Below the pieces are notes generated by a model, which saw only the letters and a list, made by a program, of their open reading frames with translations, ran no database searches and was not told the DNA's origin. Both the position numbers and the translations under genes were made by a program. From Candidatus Cloacimonadales bacterium (GTDB taxonomy: Bacteria; Cloacimonadota; Cloacimonadia; Cloacimonadales; JAFGVF01), in assembly GCA_963677495.2 (NCBI GenBank), contig CAXXOU010000004.1, forward strand, positions 1,024,001 through 1,088,000: a DNA stretch of 64,000 nucleotides, written 5' to 3'. The first letter of the stretch is position 1. The number at the start of each line of letters is the position of its first letter. Of this stretch, positions 58,985 through 64,000 are shown in pieces.

Positions 58985-61900
58985 TTAGTTCTCCTCGAAC
59001 ATAATTAAGAAATCTTGCTTTATGGAATTAAAAGATAAAAACCTATGATTTAACTCATCACTTTCTAAGTAGCTGACGGGAATTATTTGATTTGTTAAGA
59101 ACATATACTTAAGCTTATACTCACTGACACTATCAAGAGAGAGTGAATCCCCAAGTAAATCAATATTTGCATTTAACCATTTTTCTCTTGCAGTTACTTT
59201 TTTATCCCAAGGAATAAACTTCTTTAATTCCCCATACTGTTCATATGGAGTTTTTGCAAGAATCAACTGCTTACATTCTAAGGCAATGATAAATTTTCTC
59301 TCTTTTGAGACGATGATTATATCAATATCTCCAAGATCCTTTTTAGATTTCAAAACACTTGTTGGACATATTTTCATTTCTTTTTCAACGATGAACTCAC
59401 TACTCTGATATTTACTAAGGAAATTGTAAACATCTTCATTAAAGTGCTTTCCCCTTAAATCATTTACTCTTCCGATGTACGAGATCATAGTTTTGCTTCT
59501 TGCTTTATATTTACCAAGGGTTATTGCCTCTGAAAGGTAGTACATTGAGTCTTGAAGCTCACGAGCTCCGAAACAAATCTGTTCAATTCCATTTTTATTC
59601 AACAAAATATAAGGTTTCATAAATAATGAGAACTTCCTTTTAAATCTCCATGGATGATATTCATATTGCTCATATATCCGTACATCTACATCACTGTTTT
59701 CTTGTGGCTTTAGACTAAATGCCTGAATAATTGCTTCCAATTCTTCTTGATTAAGTTCCGAATCAGTCCTTACTGACCTCTTAAAATCGTTGAAACTATT
59801 TAGATATACTGATCCTTCAAAATTAAATGCAATATCAATGGACTGGGATAGCAAATTGGTATAACTATCATAAGAAAAACCAAATTCCGATAAGAAAGCA
59901 ATCTTGAATTTTTCTTCATCAACACTTTCCTGCAATTTAAAGGGATTATATGCTTCTTTTGAGAATATGATCCTTTCCTCAAATTTATCTTTAAAATACA
60001 TTCTTTTGCTTTCTTTGTAGTCATAACTAATACCCAACCTACCAGATTTCAGCAATTTAACCCTAGGGTTATCAATATTGTAATAAATACTATCCCTAAT
60101 TGAAGCCCACTCAATAACATTTATCATATATGCAATTGCTTTGTCGAAATCTTTTTGATTAAATGTACTATCTCCGGAATAATTCATATAGATTGCTTTC
60201 TCGATAAGACATCTTATTGCTATTGAGACTTGATTGTTACCTTTGTCTTCTGAGATTAATTTATTTTTCACATCAACATCTTCAATAAAACATTCGATTT
60301 TTGATGCGAGAGACTTATTGAACCACATCCTCCTTTGAATTGATGATTCGTAATACATCAAGAATATCGAGACAACATCATTTACATCATATCTTTTCAA
60401 AATTTCTTCTAAACCATCAGTATAAAATTCAACAGCTTGTTTTAACTCTTCTAAGCAATCTTCTCTTCCTAAAATCTGTCCTTCAGCCTTTCCTACATTC
60501 CTTAACAACAATCCGAAATCATCAATTTGTGAGTTTAAATAATAACTTGGCAGTTTCACATAATCGCTTAAGTTTTCGGGACTTAGTCTACAATCATCTT
60601 GACTGTTATATAGAAAGAGCATTTTTTTTGATCCCAAAGGTAAACAACAATCTAATATACTCTGAATATTTAAAGTTACTTGAGAAAACTGCTCAAACCA
60701 TTTCATGAAATATTGGAATACTTCTGACATTATGCTTTTTTCAAATGAGTTATCTGATTTTGTAAGTCTAAGAATAAGGTATTCATCAAGCTCAATCAAT
60801 AGAGTGTTTTCTTCAAGATGGAATTTCCCAAGACAGGCAGGGGGATTTTTTTCTTCCAAACCAATGTTAGCTTTAAGACTCTTTGGTTGAAAACTGATGT
60901 TGAAGTTTAACTTATTTTCTACAGCAATCTGATCTTGATTAAATCTCTTTGATAAAGAATACATCCAGTAAGCAACGCATCTGGACAGTTCATGCATGAT
61001 TTGTTTGTTTATTGTTCCATTCTCTTTAGTTGAAAGTCTGTATTGAATAAAGACATTAACTCCTAATACTTCTGTTAGTACAAAATATGGGAGATTAGGA
61101 CTATACCAGGATGAATAGATAGGAAGAATAGATGGGTATTCAATTCTAATAACAGGGACATATATATTTTGTCCTTGGTACTTATATTGAACAAGGTGCT
61201 TATCTTGTGCATTGATTGTATCAAATTTCATGCTTAAAGCTGTACCGACTCCAACACTAATTGAACTAGAGGTGCTTTCATCCGATATATAGAAGCTGTT
61301 ATCGTTATCCAAAAACATCGCTATGTTATCAAGAATAAAAGGGGTTATGTAAGTTAATTTTTGACTTGCCTCTAAATAATTCCAAATTGAAAATTTAGTA
61401 GTAGCCTGATGTTGAAATATAATGTTTAAATCATTAAGTGCTAATATTATGCTGTCCTTAAAACCATCAATTTCCACAAAATGATCTATTGAAGATAACA
61501 ATGAGAATCCTCTACCGATACCATTGATAATGGTCAACCGGTAAATCTCATAATTATTGAAGCTCTTATCCTTTTGAAGTCCCTTAAGCAGGTTTTCTCT
61601 TCTCTTGGATATTTTTTGGGCTTCTTTTTCATCAAGTTCATGAGTATCTGTCATTATTGGATTGCATGGGTCTATCTGGGAACAATCATCGAGAATGTAT
61701 TCTAAATATAGTATTTTATTAGAATCAAAGCCAAAGATGCCATCCATAACAGGCAATTTTGTGGATGAAATTTGATAATCTTGAAGCGCATATCCTTTAT
61801 TCTGAAGAAGTTGAACTATCCTCTTCCAAGAATGTTGTTCATATAAATCTTTTACTGAGTGCAGAAATCCTAGTCGTATAGCATTATACCAAATATTGTT

Positions 61901-62785
61901 TAAACAAGCATAAATAATTGTTGTTGGACCAATAAGAATATAATAATTCCCTTTTTTTACTATTGGTCGTTGTAAAATGGGATTTGTAAAATTGTCATCA
62001 TTCTGTAAGAGTGGATTACCTAAATCTAAAACAAAATCATCAATCCATTCATTTTTAAATTCATAATCATTAAAGATTGAACTAATGACTTCTTTAGTAA
62101 GGATTAATTGTTTGCTTAACTCGATCAAAGTGATATTTTCAGGAATAGTAATTGCCCGATCAAGTTCATATTCTACAAACATATTTCTACTATGCTTCAT
62201 AGATTTAGCTAAATAGTTAGATATCGATAATAAAAGATATGTAGGTCCTAGAATCGATAGTTTTATTTCTTGTGTTAGACAACTTTTATCACGGAATATG
62301 GAATCTATCAATTGTTGTAGTATAAGTACCTGTCCTTCTGCGATACCTGTGTACACAATTCTATTACCAAAAGGAGTCATAATATTCTCTGTAAAAAGAT
62401 TTTCAGGTGGATCCTCAAGATGGTGTGATGGAAAATTTTTATGAATGATTTCTCTTAACTCATTAGAGCTAATTTTTTTGAGAGCTCCTTTATCGGATAT
62501 AAGTGCTTGCCGAGTAATTTCTTCTAATCTAATATTTTTGCTATGATTCTTAGGAGTTATATGTAGAATGCTAAGCTTTGAAAGCAAATCAACATTATCG
62601 TAAGTTGAGAAAAAACCTGTAACATCTTTAATTTCAGACTGAATTAAATCTTCTTCATATCTGTTGAAAGCTTCATCTATGTCATTCTTTAGTATAAAAG
62701 ACTGGCAATTTACAAGGCAACAATATTTATACTTTTTTCCGCTACCACATGGGCATTTTTCATTTCGACCAACTGTTTTTGTCAT
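58985..62785 (-). CDS. Large protein with N-terminal SEC-C Zn motif and C-terminal PD-(D/E)XK nuclease-like domain
   Basis: [26 protein letters not shown]...GDIDIII...ALECKQ. Confidence 0.7.
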   Translation of the reverse strand: MTKTVGRNEKCPCGSGKKYKYCCLVNCQSFILKNDIDEAFNRYEEDLIQSEIKDVTGFFSTYDNVDLLSKLSILHITPKNHSKNIRLEEITRQALISDKGALKKISSNELREIIHKNFPSHHLEDPPENLFTENIMTPFGNRIVYTGIAEGQVLILQQLIDSIFRDKSCLTQEIKLSILGPTYLLLSISNYLAKSMKHSRNMFVEYELDRAITIPENITLIELSKQLILTKEVISSIFNDYEFKNEWIDDFVLDLGNPLLQNDDNFTNPILQRPIVKKGNYYILIGPTTIIYACLNNIWYNAIRLGFLHSVKDLYEQHSWKRIVQLLQNKGYALQDYQISSTKLPVMDGIFGFDSNKILYLEYILDDCSQIDPCNPIMTDTHELDEKEAQKISKRRENLLKGLQKDKSFNNYEIYRLTIINGIGRGFSLLSSIDHFVEIDGFKDSIILALNDLNIIFQHQATTKFSIWNYLEASQKLTYITPFILDNIAMFLDNDNSFYISDESTSSSISVGVGTALSMKFDTINAQDKHLVQYKYQGQNIYVPVIRIEYPSILPIYSSWYSPNLPYFVLTEVLGVNVFIQYRLSTKENGTINKQIMHELSRCVAYWMYSLSKRFNQDQIAVENKLNFNISFQPKSLKANIGLEEKNPPACLGKFHLEENTLLIELDEYLILRLTKSDNSFEKSIMSEVFQYFMKWFEQFSQVTLNIQSILDCCLPLGSKKMLFLYNSQDDCRLSPENLSDYVKLPSYYLNSQIDDFGLLLRNVGKAEGQILGREDCLEELKQAVEFYTDGLEEILKRYDVNDVVSIFLMYYESSIQRRMWFNKSLASKIECFIEDVDVKNKLISEDKGNNQVSIAIRCLIEKAIYMNYSGDSTFNQKDFDKAIAYMINVIEWASIRDSIYYNIDNPRVKLLKSGRLGISYDYKESKRMYFKDKFEERIIFSKEAYNPFKLQESVDEEKFKIAFLSEFGFSYDSYTNLLSQSIDIAFNFEGSVYLNSFNDFKRSVRTDSELNQEELEAIIQAFSLKPQENSDVDVRIYEQYEYHPWRFKRKFSLFMKPYILLNKNGIEQICFGARELQDSMYYLSEAITLGKYKARSKTMISYIGRVNDLRGKHFNEDVYNFLSKYQSSEFIVEKEMKICPTSVLKSKKDLGDIDIIIVSKERKFIIALECKQLILAKTPYEQYGELKKFIPWDKKVTAREKWLNANIDLLGDSLSLDSVSEYKLKYMFLTNQIIPVSYLESDELNHRFLSFNSIKQDFLIMFEEN

Positions 62786-62820
62786 GTTTCACACCTTTTA
62801 ATCGTATATATCTTCCTCAG

Positions 62821-63057
62821 TCACTTCCTATCTTTCGGTGGACATGGATCATTACCATAACTATTGCCACCACGAATCTGTCCATTTACACCATGAATCT
62901 TAGTATCAGACTTCTGGTTCTTTGCTATTCGAGTTGCGACTTTAATGGCTTCTTTTTGTGTCTTTGTGACTTTTGTTGCTTTAGAGTTACCAGCACCTTT
63001 TACAGCCCAGTCTTTTCCATGCTTCACAACATGTTGATTTTTCCCTTTAGTATACAT
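62821..63057 (-). CDS. DUF2188-family small basic protein
   Basis: NQHVV...WAVKGAGNSKAT...TQKEAI...IHGVNGQIR...SYGNDPCPP; ggagg RBS. Confidence 0.85.
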   Translation of the reverse strand: MYTKGKNQHVVKHGKDWAVKGAGNSKATKVTKTQKEAIKVATRIAKNQKSDTKIHGVNGQIRGGNSYGNDPCPPKDRK

Positions 63058-63475
63058 GCATCCTCCATTTTATAAATAAAATAGTTGTAATTCTTACTAA
63101 GAGTTTCTATCCCTAATAGTTTTTTAATATATTGGTTATTTTTAGCATATTCAATTCTGGGGTCAAGTAAAATAATTTAGAAAACATCATTGTTCAGATT
63201 GTAGCTCATTTTGAATTTCTATGCATAAATCATACATAGGTATATCCAATAGTTATGATCTACTATTTTCTTCGTTTTACCTAATATTTTTTAATCTACA
63301 TATAGTGGCTCCCCACCAGCTTATGAGCTCCTTAAAAAGTAGTTGCTTTAGTGTCTAAAGCGACCAGCAGAAGGAGCTCGCTTGCAATTGCAAGCAACAA
63401 TTAAACTCTCCGATAACTTTAGCCAATGACTAAAGAAGAGCTTATATGCCTTAAGAAAGTTGCCCTTAAAATACA

Positions 63476-63551
63476 AACTACGAAAACCACAAAAAGCACC
63501 CAAAGGGGGTTAGCTCTATTATTTTTCGTGTATTTAGTGTATTTCGTGGTT
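63476..63551. repeat. Inverted 9-bp-period repeats
   Basis: aactacgaa-aaccacaaa-aagcaccca ... ttcgtgtat-ttagtgtat-ttcgtggtt. Confidence 0.6.
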
Positions 63552-63608
63552 AAATATAAAACAAAGATGAATGAGTGATTTGTCTCCTTTACATCACATC
63601 TATTCCCT

Positions 63609-63656
63609 GTTAGCTTGCCGTTAGCTTCCCGTTAGAAACACGTTACAGGAAGCGAG
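63609..63656. repeat. 11-bp-period array (GTTAG core)
   Basis: gttag at 63609, 63620, 63631 and gttac at 63642. Confidence 0.65.
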
Positions 63657-63776
63657 AATTGCATTAGTACTAGATGATGAAAAGATGCAAGATAGATTTA
63701 CTATGTGAAAGTGCAATTTCATTGACAACAATCTCCAACGCATTAGAAAGTAGATAATAATCTAAAAGGACGTTTT

Positions 63777-64000
63777 ATGAAAACAATACTATCGATATTC
63801 ATGCTGGGAATCTTATCACTCTCAGTGCTTTCAGCCAAAGAGACAAAGACAATCGAGATATTCTTTAAGAATAAACCACCATCAATCAAAACACTTTCTA
63901 AAGTGCTCCCAATGGTTAACAAATACAGTAAAGAGTACAAGATTTATCTAAATGAGATATACAGTCCTGAATCAGCTGACATCATCAAAGCCTATGGTTT
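63777..64000 (+). CDS. Secreted protein, N-terminal part (runs off the window)
   Basis: Own translation MKTILSIFMLGILSLSVLSAKETKTIEIFFKNKPPSIKTL...; signal peptide; aagga RBS; TTGACA at 63722. Confidence 0.65.
   Translation, partial: MKTILSIFMLGILSLSVLSAKETKTIEIFFKNKPPSIKTLSKVLPMVNKYSKEYKIYLNEIYSPESADIIKAYG

Noticed and set aside
1..64000. Retron, DGR or group II intron
   Set aside because: No reverse-transcriptase-like ORF and no template/variable repeat pair seen

Overview
A 64-kb, AT-rich chromosomal segment from a diderm anaerobe. Candidatus Cloacimonadota is my best inference, based on several secreted proteins with a 'YPNPFN...YNIxGxxV' C-terminal Ig-like domain, a fused lpxC-fabZ and a multimeric [FeFe]-hydrogenase. 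Housekeeping blocks are deoC-thyX-rlpA-psuG-pgk, hydrogenase operon, yicC-rnr, secA-smg-like-topA-ABC permease, etfA-amidohydrolase-queE, skp-lpxD-lpxC/fabZ-lpxA, alaS-wzi-like-GT2, tRNA-Asn and tRNA-Ala. They are separated by large secreted proteins and long, highly structured intergenic regions. The most striking signals are non-coding: (i) five bipartite inverted arrays with an 11-bp period but different core words; (ii) a three-copy composite element whose direct-repeat-bounded centre is swapped in one copy; (iii) an HUH/Y1 (RAYT-like) gene embedded in its own family of ACCTT-N4-ATGGT doublets; (iv) two solo paralogous 'MKVNL' genes sitting inside these repeat mosaics. Also notable are a hydrogenase with non-bifurcating signatures and a Cys-less small subunit, a surface-protein gene bracketed by a duplicated stop+terminator, a divergent lipoprotein pair with a glycine-zipper tail, and a DUF2188 + SEC-C/PD-(D/E)XK candidate defence pair. 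All calls are by eye; no searches were run.
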